Assembly: GCA_046538105.1 (NCBI GenBank)
Contig: JBKHJO010000001.1
Span: 29,707-93,706 of the forward strand
Reading direction: 5' to 3'
Source of the DNA: Anaerolineales bacterium
Lineage (GTDB): Bacteria > Chloroflexota > Anaerolineae > UBA1429
Length of the DNA: 64,000 nt
Part shown: piece after piece, positions 47,759-58,689 of the stretch
How the letters are laid out: each line of letters begins with the position of its first letter
How positions within the stretch are numbered: position 1 is the first letter of the stretch
Program-made: the position numbers and the translations under genes
The notes under the pieces: generated by a model
The model's input: only the letters and a program-made list of their open reading frames with translations
Told to the model about the DNA's origin: nothing
Databases searched by the model: none

Positions 47759-49006
47759 TCAGGCTGTTTTCAGGAGGTGTCTGCGCACCAGATCCATGGC
47801 CAGATGGAGCAGCCAGCCGCGGCCGGCGGGACCTGCTCTACCCTGATGCGATGTGCCAGGCACTATTCTGTCCGCAAGAGCAAGACTGAAGTAGACAGGA
47901 GGGGCATCTGCTGCAGTGGGATCTTGGGGTCCGATGACGGCCAGACCCATATCCGCTTGGTACATGGTGCGTGTCGAACGTGCTGCGGCATCGGCAACGG
48001 CCTGACTGGGGAATCCATATTCGTCAAAGAGATGGCGGTCCAGATTCAGCACTTTTTGCAGGTTCTTTTGAGAAGAAAAAACACTACCTCCTGCAAACAC
48101 CCCGGTACCCTTACTGGCCCGGCTCAGACGCTGGGCCAGTTCGCCCTCGGTGACATTCTCGGCCAAGGATAGCCGCAATCCCCTTTCAGTCAAGAGCGCG
48201 GTTACCACGTCGGCCAGGGTCTCCTCATCGGCGCCGAATATACAATCACCCAAGCGAGCGCGGATATCGGTCTCTATGGGCTCTATGAGGGCGTTTGCTT
48301 CCCGGATGTTGTCCGCCTTGGCGGTGATACAGACATCGGTTTGTCCAGGATGGGCTCGAGTGCCCACGGTGGGATTGCTCAACTTCATCAGATCCCCGAT
48401 CTTGGAACCCACCGTGCTTTCCCCAATACCGCACGTGTGGAGAAAATGGCTGCGGATTACGCCTTTCAGGTTATAGCGCTCTCTCAGATAGGGTAACACC
48501 TCCTTTTCCATCAGGTATTCCATCTCGTGGGGCACACCTGGGAGGGAGATGATGAGATGGTCGTTCTGCTCCACGGCAAAGGCTGGTGCTGTGCCCACGG
48601 GATTGTGTATGATCCGGGCCCCTTTGGGCACATAAGCCTGGCGACGATTGTTCTCCGACATGGTGTGACGGCGCTGGGCAAAGAAGGCCTGTATCTCCTC
48701 CAGCAGTTGTTCGTCCAGTATCAACTCGCGGCTCGTTGCTGCTGCCACGGCTTCCCGTGTCAGATCGTCGACGGTGGGGCCCAAGCCTCCCGTAGTAACG
48801 ACCACGTCCGAGCGTCCAAAGCTCTGCTCAAGCGTCTGGGTGATACGCTGGAGGTTGTCCCCCACTGTGTATTTGTAATATAGATTCAGGCCGATGGTGG
48901 TCAGACGCTGGGCGATCCAGGCGGAATTGGTATCCACGATCTCTCCCAGCAATAGTTCTGTGCCGATGGTGACGATTTCTGCCTGCAACGAATCTTGATC
49001 CTTCAC
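47759..49006 (-). CDS. cinA: Competence/damage-inducible protein CinA (MoCF-binding plus CinA C-terminal domains)
   Basis: MKDQDSLQAEIVTIGTELLLGEIVDTNS... canonical CinA N-terminus. Confidence 0.85.
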   Translation of the reverse strand: MKDQDSLQAEIVTIGTELLLGEIVDTNSAWIAQRLTTIGLNLYYKYTVGDNLQRITQTLEQSFGRSDVVVTTGGLGPTVDDLTREAVAAATSRELILDEQLLEEIQAFFAQRRHTMSENNRRQAYVPKGARIIHNPVGTAPAFAVEQNDHLIISLPGVPHEMEYLMEKEVLPYLRERYNLKGVIRSHFLHTCGIGESTVGSKIGDLMKLSNPTVGTRAHPGQTDVCITAKADNIREANALIEPIETDIRARLGDCIFGADEETLADVVTALLTERGLRLSLAENVTEGELAQRLSRASKGTGVFAGGSVFSSQKNLQKVLNLDRHLFDEYGFPSQAVADAAARSTRTMYQADMGLAVIGPQDPTAADAPPVYFSLALADRIVPGTSHQGRAGPAGRGWLLHLAMDLVRRHLLKTA

Positions 49007-50100
49007 AGATATTCTTCCAATCCCTGTGCATCTAGTTTATCCACCAGCGTGCCGACCTCTTGGGCCCGCTCTTTGGGAAGGATTAGAAGGGCGTCCGGCG
49101 TGTTGACGATGACCATGCCTTCCAGTCCGATGGTGGCCACCAATTTGCCCTTGCTATGGATCAGGCAGTTCTTGGTATCCATTCCCACGTGTTGTTCGTC
49201 CATGAGTATCACATTGCCGTTCTCGTCCTTTTCCAAAATCTCGTGCAGGGTGGCCCAGTTCCCAACATCGCTCCAGCCCATATCGCAGGGTACGACGGCA
49301 ACCTTTCTGGCCTGTTCCATGATGCCCACGTCGATGGTCACGGGCTGGATTTGATGCCACAGGGTATCCACGATCTCTGTGGAGATCCTTCCCGTCATGG
49401 TATCCAGACGCGCATACATCTCGGGTAAAAGGCGTTGAAACTCTTCGAGGAGATTGTCAAGCGTCCAGGCAAAGTAGCCGGCATTCCAGTAGAATCGGCC
49501 ACTTTTTACAAACTCGCGGGCCTGCTCCAAGGGAGGTTTCTCTCGAAAACGTGCCACCCGGTAGATGCTGATTCCCTGCTCCTCAAACAGAGCACTGCCT
49601 CGCTCAATATAGCCAAAACCCGCCTCTGGATGCGTGGGGACGATGCCCACCGTGACCAGGTGTCCCTTGCGTGCCGTGGCCGCTGCCGCACGCAGAGCGT
49701 CGCGAAAACGTCCCTCGTGTCTGATGGCGTGATCGGCATGCAGGGAGATCATGATGCTTTTTCCGCCATGTTTTTGTCGCAGCCGCATGGCTGCCAGCCC
49801 CAGGCAGGGAGCCGTGCCTCGGGGTGAGGGCTCGATAAAGATGTTTTCATCGGGTAGTTGGGGTAACTGTGCAGCGATGGGATCGGCGTGATCGGGGCCG
49901 GTGAGAATGTAAATGTGTTCAAAGGGTGCGAGGGGGAGGATGCGCTGCACCGTCTGTTGTAGCATAGATTTCTCATCGTCCACCAGATTGAGGAGTTGTT
50001 TGGGATTCTTAACCCGACTCTGTGGCCACAGGCGGGTGCCGCTTCCCCCGGCCAGGATGGCGACGTGTACATTGTTCATTTCTAATGGCGTCATATTCAC
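49003..50100 (-). CDS. manC: Mannose-1-phosphate guanylyltransferase
   Basis: VAILAGGSGTRLWP nucleotidyltransferase motif. Confidence 0.8.
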   Translation of the reverse strand: MNMTPLEMNNVHVAILAGGSGTRLWPQSRVKNPKQLLNLVDDEKSMLQQTVQRILPLAPFEHIYILTGPDHADPIAAQLPQLPDENIFIEPSPRGTAPCLGLAAMRLRQKHGGKSIMISLHADHAIRHEGRFRDALRAAAATARKGHLVTVGIVPTHPEAGFGYIERGSALFEEQGISIYRVARFREKPPLEQAREFVKSGRFYWNAGYFAWTLDNLLEEFQRLLPEMYARLDTMTGRISTEIVDTLWHQIQPVTIDVGIMEQARKVAVVPCDMGWSDVGNWATLHEILEKDENGNVILMDEQHVGMDTKNCLIHSKGKLVATIGLEGMVIVNTPDALLILPKERAQEVGTLVDKLDAQGLEEYL

Positions 50101-50104
50101 CTTT

Positions 50105-51190
50105 CTAGTGGGCCAACACGTAGCACATGTTATCCACCCGCCGTACCATGCCCTTGAGTTCCATCATGCACAGGGTGCTCGAAACGATGGATGTGGTAAG
50201 TTCCGAGTTTTGCACGATGTCGTCTATATGTACCGGTTCTATACTCAAACAAGATAGGAGTGTTTCCTCCGTCGCCGTCTCGGGAACGATCTCGCGCATC
50301 TGCGTTTGCTCCACCACCATGGAGAGATTCAGTTCTTCAAGGATATCCCTGACGCAAGTGACGAGCTTGGCCTCGCCTCGTTGAATTGCGCCATTGCTCC
50401 CGGCGTAGGAACGTGCATAGATGTTGCCCGGTACGGCAAAGGTCTCGCGACCCTGCTCCAAAGCATAGCGTAAGGTGATGAGGGAGCCGCTATTTGCGCC
50501 GGCTTCCACCACAACCGTGCCCAGAGAAAGACCACTAATGAGGCGGTTACGGGGAGGAAAGTTTCGGGCCTCTGGTTTCGTTCCCAGAGGATAATCGGAG
50601 ATCAGCGCACCGGCCTGACAGATCTGTTGAGCCAGACCACGATGTCGGGCTGGATATACGGTATCCAGACTGCAGCCAAAAACCGCCAGGGTGCGTCCCC
50701 CAGCCTCCAGGGCGGTGCGATGGGCCACTCCGTCGATGCCCAGGGCAAGACCACTAACGACCGTCACGCCATTCTGTGTCAGGCCCGTTGCCAGGCGTCG
50801 TGTTACTTCCTTACCGTAGGTAGTAGCGTTTCGGGTGCCGACCATGGCCACCGCCCATTCGTCCGTGGGAAGTAGTTCACCTTTGATGTAGAGCAGAGGA
50901 GGCGAATCGTCGATGTGGCGCAACAGGGAAGGATAGTCGTCGCTATTCCAGGTGACCACTTTTAGGCCCAGATCCCGGATCCTGGACGTCTCCATTTCCA
51001 GATCTATGCGGTCGCGCCAGTAAAGGAGGCTTTCCAGGGCGTCTTTGGGGAGTCGGGCGGCCCGAAGTGCCCCTGGGCTGCTCTTCCAGGCCGTCTCCAG
51101 GTCTCCGAACGTCTCCAAAAGGTGTCCCAGACGAACAGGACCGATATGGGGGACGCGGTTGAAGCCGATCCAGTAGCGAATATCACTCAT
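50105..51190 (-). CDS. dprA: DNA-processing protein DprA (Smf)
   Basis: Rossmann-like DprA core (GLALGIDG); C-terminal winged helix. Confidence 0.85.
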   Translation of the reverse strand: MSDIRYWIGFNRVPHIGPVRLGHLLETFGDLETAWKSSPGALRAARLPKDALESLLYWRDRIDLEMETSRIRDLGLKVVTWNSDDYPSLLRHIDDSPPLLYIKGELLPTDEWAVAMVGTRNATTYGKEVTRRLATGLTQNGVTVVSGLALGIDGVAHRTALEAGGRTLAVFGCSLDTVYPARHRGLAQQICQAGALISDYPLGTKPEARNFPPRNRLISGLSLGTVVVEAGANSGSLITLRYALEQGRETFAVPGNIYARSYAGSNGAIQRGEAKLVTCVRDILEELNLSMVVEQTQMREIVPETATEETLLSCLSIEPVHIDDIVQNSELTTSIVSSTLCMMELKGMVRRVDNMCYVLAH

Positions 51191-51209
51191 CGTGCAGTTC
51201 TCATGGCAC

Positions 51210-51743
51210 CTAACAAAGGCCGTCGGGCACTTTGACGATAATCTTTCCTTTCTCGATATCGATTTCCCGTATCACGCCCCTGATAACGGGTAGCAGGATC
51301 TCAGTTTGTCCGCCCCGGATCACGTACACGTCGTTCGATCCCGTTCGCAGTATCTCTGCCACGTAGCCAAGTTCTTCCCCCTCGATGGTTAAGACGGGAA
51401 GCCCCTCTATCTGATGATAGTAGAACTGATCCTTACCCAAAGGAAGGGCGTCCTCTATGGCGACATAGACGGGAGTATTTCGGAGTCTCTCGGCCTGGTT
51501 TCTGTTTTCGATGCCCTTTAACTGTAAGAGAGCCTGACTCTTGAAGAGTCGAGCGCGTTCCACCTCAAAGGGGGTCAGTGTATCCCCCAGGTAGACTCTA
51601 TCCAGGGCGTAGAAGCGCTCGGGGTCGTCTGTCTCTATCTTTACTTTGACCTCCCCGTGGACGCCTCTGGGGGCAACGATCTCACCGATTTGGAGATGGG
51701 CCAGATCGTCTTCTCTATTCCTGTTGGCTGTTGTGGTTTCCAT
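51210..51743 (-). CDS. rimM: 16S rRNA processing protein RimM
   Basis: IGEIVAPRGVHGEVKV PRC-barrel/RimM motifs. Start METTT chosen so it does not overlap the upstream KH gene; the track ORF extends further. Confidence 0.75.
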   Translation of the reverse strand: METTTANRNREDDLAHLQIGEIVAPRGVHGEVKVKIETDDPERFYALDRVYLGDTLTPFEVERARLFKSQALLQLKGIENRNQAERLRNTPVYVAIEDALPLGKDQFYYHQIEGLPVLTIEGEELGYVAEILRTGSNDVYVIRGGQTEILLPVIRGVIREIDIEKGKIIVKVPDGLC

Positions 51744-51795
51744 GAGCGGGGCCTCGTTCGACTCTTTGATCCTGGTGGGTTGTAAGAACGGTCGC

Positions 51796-52026
51796 CTAGA
51801 CGATGTCGAGTATGACGTGCGGTTTATCTTGGATGGTGGAAGCCACATTGAGCAGCGTCCGCGTCGCGTTGGCCACTCGCCCGTTCCTGCCAATGACCCA
51901 TCCCTTGTCATCGGGAGCCACGTAAAGCTTCAGGATGATGGCGTTATGCCCGCGCACCGTCTCGACTCTGACCTTATCCGGTTCGTTGACCAAGGACTTG
52001 GCGATATATTCTACAAGATCATCCAT
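51796..52026 (-). CDS. KH-domain RNA-binding protein (YlqC/UPF0109)
   Basis: VIGRNGRVANATRTLL KH motif; conserved position between rpsP and rimM. Confidence 0.8.
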   Translation of the reverse strand: MDDLVEYIAKSLVNEPDKVRVETVRGHNAIILKLYVAPDDKGWVIGRNGRVANATRTLLNVASTIQDKPHVILDIV

Positions 52027-52046
52027 GCGGGGTCTTTGCCCTCCCT

Positions 52047-52415
52047 TTACGCGTCCTCAGTTTGATCTTCTGTTTCTTCCTCGCCCGTATCACTTTCGAC
52101 TTGCTCTTCGGAGACCGCTTCCTTTTCTGCTTCGGCCTCCGTTTTCTCTTCTGCTCCTGTGACGGTGTCACCATCGCCAAGAAGGCCCATATTCTCAAGC
52201 ATGCGGGCAACGGCTTTACTTGGCCTGGCCCCCACCGATAGCCAGTATTTGGCCCTTTCCTCATCTATCTTTACTGTGGGAGGATCGGTCCGCGGATTAT
52301 AGTGCCCGATGTTCTCAATAAAGCGGCCGTCACGCGCGGTTCGCTGATCGGCCACTACGACACGGTAACTAGGCTGTTTCTTTGCGCCTACTCGGCGAAG
52401 TCGGATTCTTACCAT
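52047..52415 (-). CDS. rpsP: 30S ribosomal protein S16 with an acidic C-terminal tail
   Basis: [23 protein letters not shown]... Confidence 0.9.
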   Translation of the reverse strand: MVRIRLRRVGAKKQPSYRVVVADQRTARDGRFIENIGHYNPRTDPPTVKIDEERAKYWLSVGARPSKAVARMLENMGLLGDGDTVTGAEEKTEAEAEKEAVSEEQVESDTGEEETEDQTEDA

Positions 52416-52468
52416 ACGCTCTGTTTCACCTTCTTTAATTCTGTTAAAAAGACTGGTCGACTTGATGC

Positions 52469-53791
52469 CTAACGTGACCAGGGCATCGTATTGGGCATGC
52501 GCCCTTTTTGTACCTGTTTCATCATCTGTTGCATCTGCTTGAACTGTCTGAGGAGCTGATTCACCTCCTGCACCGAGGTGCCGCTGCCCTTGGCGATGCG
52601 GCGTTTGCGGCTGCCATTGATGATTCCGGGATTACGGCGTTCTTTGACAGTCATGGAGTTAATGATGGCCTCCGTGGCATCTAGCGTCTTGTCCGTGGCA
52701 TCTGTGGGCAGTTTTCCTTTTATCTGCTGGAACCCGGGAATCATGCCCATCAGTTCCTCAAGGGGGCCCATCTCCCGGACAGCGCCCAACTGTTCCTGAA
52801 AGTCCTCCAGGGTGAACTGGGCGCCGCGGAGCTTTTTCTCCATCTCGCGGGCCTGTTCTTCCGTTATGGTAGACTCGGCGCGCTCGACGAGGGTGAGGAT
52901 GTCTCCCATACCCAGGATACGAGAGGCCAGCCGATCGGGGTGGAACTGCTCCAGGGCAGATAGCCTTTCCCCGACACCCAAAAACTTGATGGGTACGCCC
53001 GTGACAGAGCGTACAGAGATGGCAGCGCCGCCCCTGGCATCGCCATCCACCTTGGTCAAGATCAACCCGGTAAGGCCGAGCCGGTTATTGAACTCGTCGG
53101 CCACCGACACGGCCTCCTGGCCTGTCATGGCGTCCACGATGAGGAGTATCTCGCGCGGCTTGACGGTCTCTTGGATCTCTTCCAGTTCTCGCATCATCTC
53201 CTGGTCGATCTGGAGGCGGCCGGCCGTATCCAGTATGAGGACGGTATGCCCTTCCCTATTGGCTCGCTTGACGGCCCGGGTGCAGATTTCGGGTGGTGAG
53301 ACCCCCTCTTTCTCGGTGTGAACGGGAACGTTGATCTGCTCACCCAGCGTCTGCAACTGCTGAATCGCCGCTGGACGATAGACATCTGCTGCGACGAGGA
53401 GGGGGCGCTCTCCGCGCTTTTGTAGATCGAGAGCCAACTTGGCTGCTGTGGTCGTCTTGCCAGACCCCTGCAGGCCGATGAGCATGACGACGGCGGGGAG
53501 TTGACCGCCTAGATCGAGCCGGACGGGGTCTCCCAAGAGATCGATGAGTTCCTTATGTACGATCTTGACGATCGTCTGGGCAGGGGTCAAGGACTTGCCG
53601 ACCTCGGAGCCAACAGTGGCCTCGCCGATACGCTCCGTGAACTCTTTGACGACGCGGTAGTTCACGTCCGCCTCTAGCAGGGCGAGGCGCACCTCCCGCA
53701 AGGTGCGTTCCACGTCCGATTCGGATACGCGCCCCTTCCGTGACAGTTCTTGAAAAGTATCCTGTATTTTGCCCGAAATATCTTCAAACAT
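52469..53791 (-). CDS. ffh: Signal recognition particle protein Ffh
   Basis: NG domain [10 protein letters not shown]; Met-rich M domain. Confidence 0.95.
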   Translation of the reverse strand: MFEDISGKIQDTFQELSRKGRVSESDVERTLREVRLALLEADVNYRVVKEFTERIGEATVGSEVGKSLTPAQTIVKIVHKELIDLLGDPVRLDLGGQLPAVVMLIGLQGSGKTTTAAKLALDLQKRGERPLLVAADVYRPAAIQQLQTLGEQINVPVHTEKEGVSPPEICTRAVKRANREGHTVLILDTAGRLQIDQEMMRELEEIQETVKPREILLIVDAMTGQEAVSVADEFNNRLGLTGLILTKVDGDARGGAAISVRSVTGVPIKFLGVGERLSALEQFHPDRLASRILGMGDILTLVERAESTITEEQAREMEKKLRGAQFTLEDFQEQLGAVREMGPLEELMGMIPGFQQIKGKLPTDATDKTLDATEAIINSMTVKERRNPGIINGSRKRRIAKGSGTSVQEVNQLLRQFKQMQQMMKQVQKGRMPNTMPWSR

Positions 53792-53979
53792 TTTATTCGC
53801 TATCTATCAGCAATGGCTATTCTGAGAGAGCGATAGCCAAAGAAAAATATAACCGCTACACTATGATGTGGATATGCAACAGTCACCTTATTTTATAGGG
53901 AAAAGCCGCATTCGTCAAAAGCCCACATTTCTTTTGATTCGCCTACGGGATGCCAGCTGTGTGGGTGAGGGAGCGTTTC

Positions 53980-55236
53980 TTACGGGGCAGGGGAGGACTT
54001 TTGCTGGAGCAGAGCCTGCTGGGAAACGCCTGTATGTACGATAACCTCGTGAAAAACGCGCGCATCCGGCCACTCTTCGGAAACCACGATGGCGGCTACC
54101 TTCCATATCACTTGCCCCTCTTTTGTAGCGAAGGTGGGACGGCATTGACCGGGGATATCCAGGTTGAAGCGGTAGGTGATGGGCTCGGCCAGATCAAAGT
54201 GGAGATCCTGGCCCAGGTCGACCTCGTCTTCCAGCCAGACATATGTGGTGCCCTCATCGCCAGGGCGTATCCTTCCCTGAAATCGCCCCGACTCGGGATC
54301 CCAGGCGCTCATATAGACGATCTCCCCAGATCCCTCATGGGTACTCTCGATTCTGAGCAAAAGCGCCCGCACCTCGGTGGCCTCAAAGTCTTCAAGAGGA
54401 GAAACGCGGAGAATGCCCTCAATGCTCTTTCCCTCCGCGCAGACCACCCGGGGCAGGGTGAGGGTGAGTTGGCAGTTTTCCATCTCTCGAACTGATTTGT
54501 ACGTTCTCTGGTTGAGAGCAGGGGGAACAGACTCGATTATCAATTCCCGATATGTTCTGGTGTTTGCTGTGTCCGGCATGTCCAGTGTTGCATAAAGACT
54601 CCAGCGAACGGAGCAGGCGTGCCCGTGGTGCGTGGGGAGGGCGTCCTCGGGGATCTCGGCCTGGAAGGTGTAGGTGGGGAATGAAGCGGGGCGAAGAACT
54701 CTTGAGGGCACGCTGCAGAGCCGTTGCACGGCATAGAGATGAGGGGTGCGCACGAAATCGGAGTCGTCGGATACCTCCTCTCCCTCTTTATGGTGGATAT
54801 ATATGCCACGGCACAAAAGATAGACCTCGCCCCCCGATATATTGAGCGTGTTCTGGGAAGAAAATTTCATCTCTCCTTCTATAATCTGGCCGGGAGTATA
54901 GCACTCCTGTTCGTCGGCCAGATCTATGGCGAGGGAGACATCTATCTGGGAGGGGAGTGTGAGTTTTCCGACGAGGGCGCCCCCAATGCCTCCCAGCAAA
55001 AGCCCCAACAGGGCACCGGCCAGGGCGCCGATCATGGCGCCGGGAATCTGGCGGTTAATACCCCCGAACAACATGCCCAACAGGAGGCATGTAGAAGAAG
55101 TAATCCACATGCCGAACCACATGCCCCGGCGTGTGCCGTATCCTAGTGGTGCAAGCAGTCCCATGCCCTGGAATCTTTCCCAGAGTCGTTCGTGCCATTG
55201 CTTAATGCGTTCCATAGTCATGTACCCCGTACCCAT
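53980..55236 (-). CDS. Hypothetical membrane-anchored protein with a glycine-zipper TM and tandem beta-sandwich (arrestin/Spo0M-like) domains
   Basis: GAMIGALAGALLGLLLGGIGGALVG TM segment; two repeated beta-rich halves. The family assignment is tentative. Confidence 0.4.
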   Translation of the reverse strand: MGTGYMTMERIKQWHERLWERFQGMGLLAPLGYGTRRGMWFGMWITSSTCLLLGMLFGGINRQIPGAMIGALAGALLGLLLGGIGGALVGKLTLPSQIDVSLAIDLADEQECYTPGQIIEGEMKFSSQNTLNISGGEVYLLCRGIYIHHKEGEEVSDDSDFVRTPHLYAVQRLCSVPSRVLRPASFPTYTFQAEIPEDALPTHHGHACSVRWSLYATLDMPDTANTRTYRELIIESVPPALNQRTYKSVREMENCQLTLTLPRVVCAEGKSIEGILRVSPLEDFEATEVRALLLRIESTHEGSGEIVYMSAWDPESGRFQGRIRPGDEGTTYVWLEDEVDLGQDLHFDLAEPITYRFNLDIPGQCRPTFATKEGQVIWKVAAIVVSEEWPDARVFHEVIVHTGVSQQALLQQKSSPAP

Positions 55237-55423
55237 CTGGAATCTGGAAAAGATTATAACACGAGTATAAGGATGTGGAAAGCGATTCTTTTAATTTTCA
55301 ACGGGACTGTCATGTTTGGGAGCGTCCGCCTTGGATGGAAGGAATATGTAGGATAGGCGGTACGTAAACGTGGAGGGATCCTTCCCTCACCGTGACGACT
55401 TCCATCAGGAGCAAAGTCCGTTT

Positions 55424-55452
55424 TTGTCAATGGTGGGGCAGTGTGCTATACT
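55424..55452 (+). promoter_or_regulatory. sigma70-like promoter for tRNA-Pro
   Basis: TTGTCA, 17 nt, TATACT, about 11 nt upstream of the tRNA 5' end. Confidence 0.55.
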
Positions 55453-55463
55453 AGTTCTGTGAG

Positions 55464-55572
<109 letters not shown>

Positions 55573-55638
55573 TGTGCGTTGTGCAACCTTTTCTTTTTTG
55601 TAGATGGAGAGCATCGCATGATTGCCTCCCATCGGAGA

Positions 55639-56715
55639 TCAATAGGGATTCTCTTGCGCCACCTCGCTCAGCACGAGAAAGGCCTTTATCCAGGCGGGAC
55701 GATAGATACCCGCGTCGGTGCCGCTTAGGATATATCCACCGCCCTCGGCAGCCGCGTCGATGCACCGCTGTGCCGCTTTCCTGATGGTCTTCTCGTCTTC
55801 TATCATAAGGAAGGCCATGTCGTCCAGATTGCCCTTGAGGCAGATGCGATCCCCCACCTTTTCCTTGACCTCGGCCAGGGTCACGTCTCCGCGCAGGCCT
55901 GTCTCGATGGGGCTCATGATATCTATGCCTATTTCTGCAATATCGTCCAGTATGGCGCGCAGTTTGCCGTGGGTGTGGTAATTTACCAGGGCGTCGTGGT
56001 CGTGCATGAGGCGGACGATCCCTTTGTCGTAGCGGGTGACAAGTTGGGTAAAGGTGTGGGGATGCACCACGCCGGGGCCGCAGTGTTCGGAGCCGCCCAT
56101 CCAGAAAGACTTGACGCCCTTTTCGCAGCATCGCTCCACAAAATCCTCCACGCGGGGAGCAAAGGCGGCCACGATCTCCTCCACCACGCCCACGTCTTCG
56201 GCCATCTGCATATAAAGATTCTGGGAGCCCAAAACACCAAGCGCGAGCCGGAAAGGCGAGGGCATGGCAAGGGCTACAAGGCCCTCTTTGTCAATTCTCT
56301 CTGTCCACTCATGGTATGCTGTCGGTTCCGGATTCGGCGGGACGTAGGGGATGGAGAGGAGCTTTTCCACGTCCTTTTTCGTCTTTACCAGGTACTCTGT
56401 GGTCCAGGAAGCGTCTCGAGTGATGCGTCGCTCCGCTGTCAGCGTGCCTTTCGGCGTCCGAATCGTCTCCTTGAGTGTATCTTCCTGGCGCTCAATGTGG
56501 CGTATTCGCTTGCGGGCTGCGCCGCAGAATATCTCTATGTCGCTCAGGGCGCCCACGGATAGCGTGATATCGGTATGCTGAAGAAAGGTATGCCACTCCT
56601 CGTCGGACATCTGCTCCACCATGGCGGGAGAAATGTGAGGGGCGACGGGGACTCTGTCCGCCTCCTGATGTTGAATGGCCATGAGCAGTCGCTTCCTGGA
56701 CGTCATCTTGCCCAT
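55639..56715 (-). CDS. Uroporphyrinogen-decarboxylase-family protein (URO-D/MtaA-like putative methyltransferase)
   Basis: Start MGKMTSRKRLLMAIQHQEADRVP behind AGGAGAG; URO-D fold motifs. Confidence 0.65.
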   Translation of the reverse strand: MGKMTSRKRLLMAIQHQEADRVPVAPHISPAMVEQMSDEEWHTFLQHTDITLSVGALSDIEIFCGAARKRIRHIERQEDTLKETIRTPKGTLTAERRITRDASWTTEYLVKTKKDVEKLLSIPYVPPNPEPTAYHEWTERIDKEGLVALAMPSPFRLALGVLGSQNLYMQMAEDVGVVEEIVAAFAPRVEDFVERCCEKGVKSFWMGGSEHCGPGVVHPHTFTQLVTRYDKGIVRLMHDHDALVNYHTHGKLRAILDDIAEIGIDIMSPIETGLRGDVTLAEVKEKVGDRICLKGNLDDMAFLMIEDEKTIRKAAQRCIDAAAEGGGYILSGTDAGIYRPAWIKAFLVLSEVAQENPY

Positions 56716-57014
56716 CGTCTCTCCTTTAGCCGCGCGTTTCCGATCGCCTATCTGATCCCTGTTAGGTAGCCTACATTTGCGATCTGTTCCTGTCAAGTGC
56801 ATTTTCCCTCTACAATAGCGAGGGAACTCCCCAAAGTTGACCACGCTGCCACTTTGTATTAACATTCTTCAGAGCTTGAGACATTTTCCCAGAATTGTTC
56901 CTCGCACAATGTCTGTGTCTTCTTCACAACGTATGTGAACCTTTCTCCCGATGTAGTGGATGGGGTGACCGCTCAAGCCCAAGGTGGATTATTCTTTTTC
57001 GGAAAGGAGATAGT

Positions 57015-58604
57015 ATGCCGAATCTAGAACAGCCTAATGCCAATGAGGCACTAAGCCGGACGCGCAATCGCTCCCAGGATGTGGTGCCCAGTTCGGGAAT
57101 ATGTTCGCGTTGTATCGATGGGTGTACGGGCAACTGTGTGGTCTGGCAGACCACTTTTCGGGGACGCGAGCTACTGTATCCCGATCCCTTTGGTTCGCTG
57201 ACTGCGGGAGGCGACAAGGATTACCCCGTGGACTATTCTCATCTGAATATCCAGGGATATGCACAGGGGGCCAAGGGGCTAAAAGAGGAACCGACACCAG
57301 ATAACACTCTCTTTACCATGGTGGACACTGAGCTTGAGATAGGTACCGAAAACAAAGAGAAACTATGTATGCCTATCATCAGCGGCGCGCTAGGATCTAC
57401 AGAGATCGCCCGAGTAAACTGGGACCATTTCGCCGTGGGGGCGGCCATCTCGGGGGTGGTATTGACCTGTGGGGAGAACGTGTGTGGCATCGACCCCGAA
57501 CTGGAGTTGGGAGAGAATGGTCGGGTTATAGACTCACCGGAGCTTCGCCGCCGCGTGGAGGTGTATCGCCGCTGGTATGAAGGATATGGCGGAATCCACG
57601 TGCAGATGAACGTGGAGGATACAAACTTTGGTGTCGCTGAATACGCCGTCGGCGAACTGGAAGTGGACGCCGTCGAACTCAAGTGGGGCCAGGGCGCCAA
57701 GTGCATCGGTGGCGAGATCAAGGTGGATTCCTTGGAGCGGGCTTTGGAGCTCCAGAGCCGCGGTTATCTGGTGACACCGAATCCCTCTAACCCGGCCGTT
57801 CAAAGAGCGTACGGGGATGGGGCACTTCAGGAATTTGAGCGTCATTCACGCCTTGGATTCATCGACAAGGAATCGTTTGCAGGGGAGGTCGAGAGATTGC
57901 GCGGTCTCGGAGCCAAGCGGGTGACCCTCAAGACGGGTGCCTATCCCATGCGCGAATTGGCCCAAGCCCTCAAGTGGTCTTCCGATCTGGAATTGGACCT
58001 GGTGACCATCGACGGCGCTGGCGGCGGCACGGGGATGAGTCCCTGGCGTATGATGTGTGAGTGGGGCGTGCCGACGATCTATCTGGAGGCCATGACCTAC
58101 GATCTGTGCCAGATGCTGGACGAGCAAGGAGCCTATATCCCCGATATCGCCATAGGTGGTGGACTTTCCACCGAGGATCACATCTTTAAGGTGCTGGCCA
58201 TGGGTGCTCCCTATGTGGACGCCGTTTGCCTGGGCCGCGCCATCATGATTCCGGGAATGGTGGGCAAGAACGCCGAGACCTGGCTTGAGGAGGATAGGCT
58301 TCCACGGAGGCTGTCCTCGTATGGTGATTCGGTGGAGGAGATCTTTGTGAACTATGAGGAACTTAAGGAAAAGTACGGATCTGAAGTGGACGATCTTCCC
58401 CTTGGTGCCATCGGGATGTATTCCTATGTGGACAAACTAAAAGTTGGACTTCAGCAGTTGATGGCAGGAAGCCGCAACTTTAGCCTGGATACCATCTCGC
58501 GCAGGGACGTCATGGCCCTCACGCGGGAGGCTGAGGATGTGACCGGCCTTGACTATGTGATGGATGCCTACAGGGCAGAGGCGGAGGAGATAATAAAGGG
58601 ATAG
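57015..58604 (+). CDS. Glutamate-synthase-domain-2-related FMN protein (PF01645-like) with an N-terminal Cys cluster
   Basis: CSRCIDGCTGNC cluster; GltS FMN-binding region GGTGMSP...GG. Start MPNLEQ behind GGAAAGGAGA. Confidence 0.65.
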   Translation: MPNLEQPNANEALSRTRNRSQDVVPSSGICSRCIDGCTGNCVVWQTTFRGRELLYPDPFGSLTAGGDKDYPVDYSHLNIQGYAQGAKGLKEEPTPDNTLFTMVDTELEIGTENKEKLCMPIISGALGSTEIARVNWDHFAVGAAISGVVLTCGENVCGIDPELELGENGRVIDSPELRRRVEVYRRWYEGYGGIHVQMNVEDTNFGVAEYAVGELEVDAVELKWGQGAKCIGGEIKVDSLERALELQSRGYLVTPNPSNPAVQRAYGDGALQEFERHSRLGFIDKESFAGEVERLRGLGAKRVTLKTGAYPMRELAQALKWSSDLELDLVTIDGAGGGTGMSPWRMMCEWGVPTIYLEAMTYDLCQMLDEQGAYIPDIAIGGGLSTEDHIFKVLAMGAPYVDAVCLGRAIMIPGMVGKNAETWLEEDRLPRRLSSYGDSVEEIFVNYEELKEKYGSEVDDLPLGAIGMYSYVDKLKVGLQQLMAGSRNFSLDTISRRDVMALTREAEDVTGLDYVMDAYRAEAEEIIKG

Positions 58605-58626
58605 CGTCCCCTCTGTATGTAAGTGG

Positions 58627-58658
58627 AGAGCCGCTCTTGGCCAAGAGCGGCTCTTTTG
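58627..58658 (+). terminator. Intrinsic terminator (perfect 28-nt palindrome plus UUUUG)
   Basis: AGAGCCGCUCUUGG|CCAAGAGCGGCUCU followed by UUUUG. Confidence 0.7.
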
Positions 58659-58689
58659 ACTGCACGATGGAGCGCCCATCCTCGGCGAT

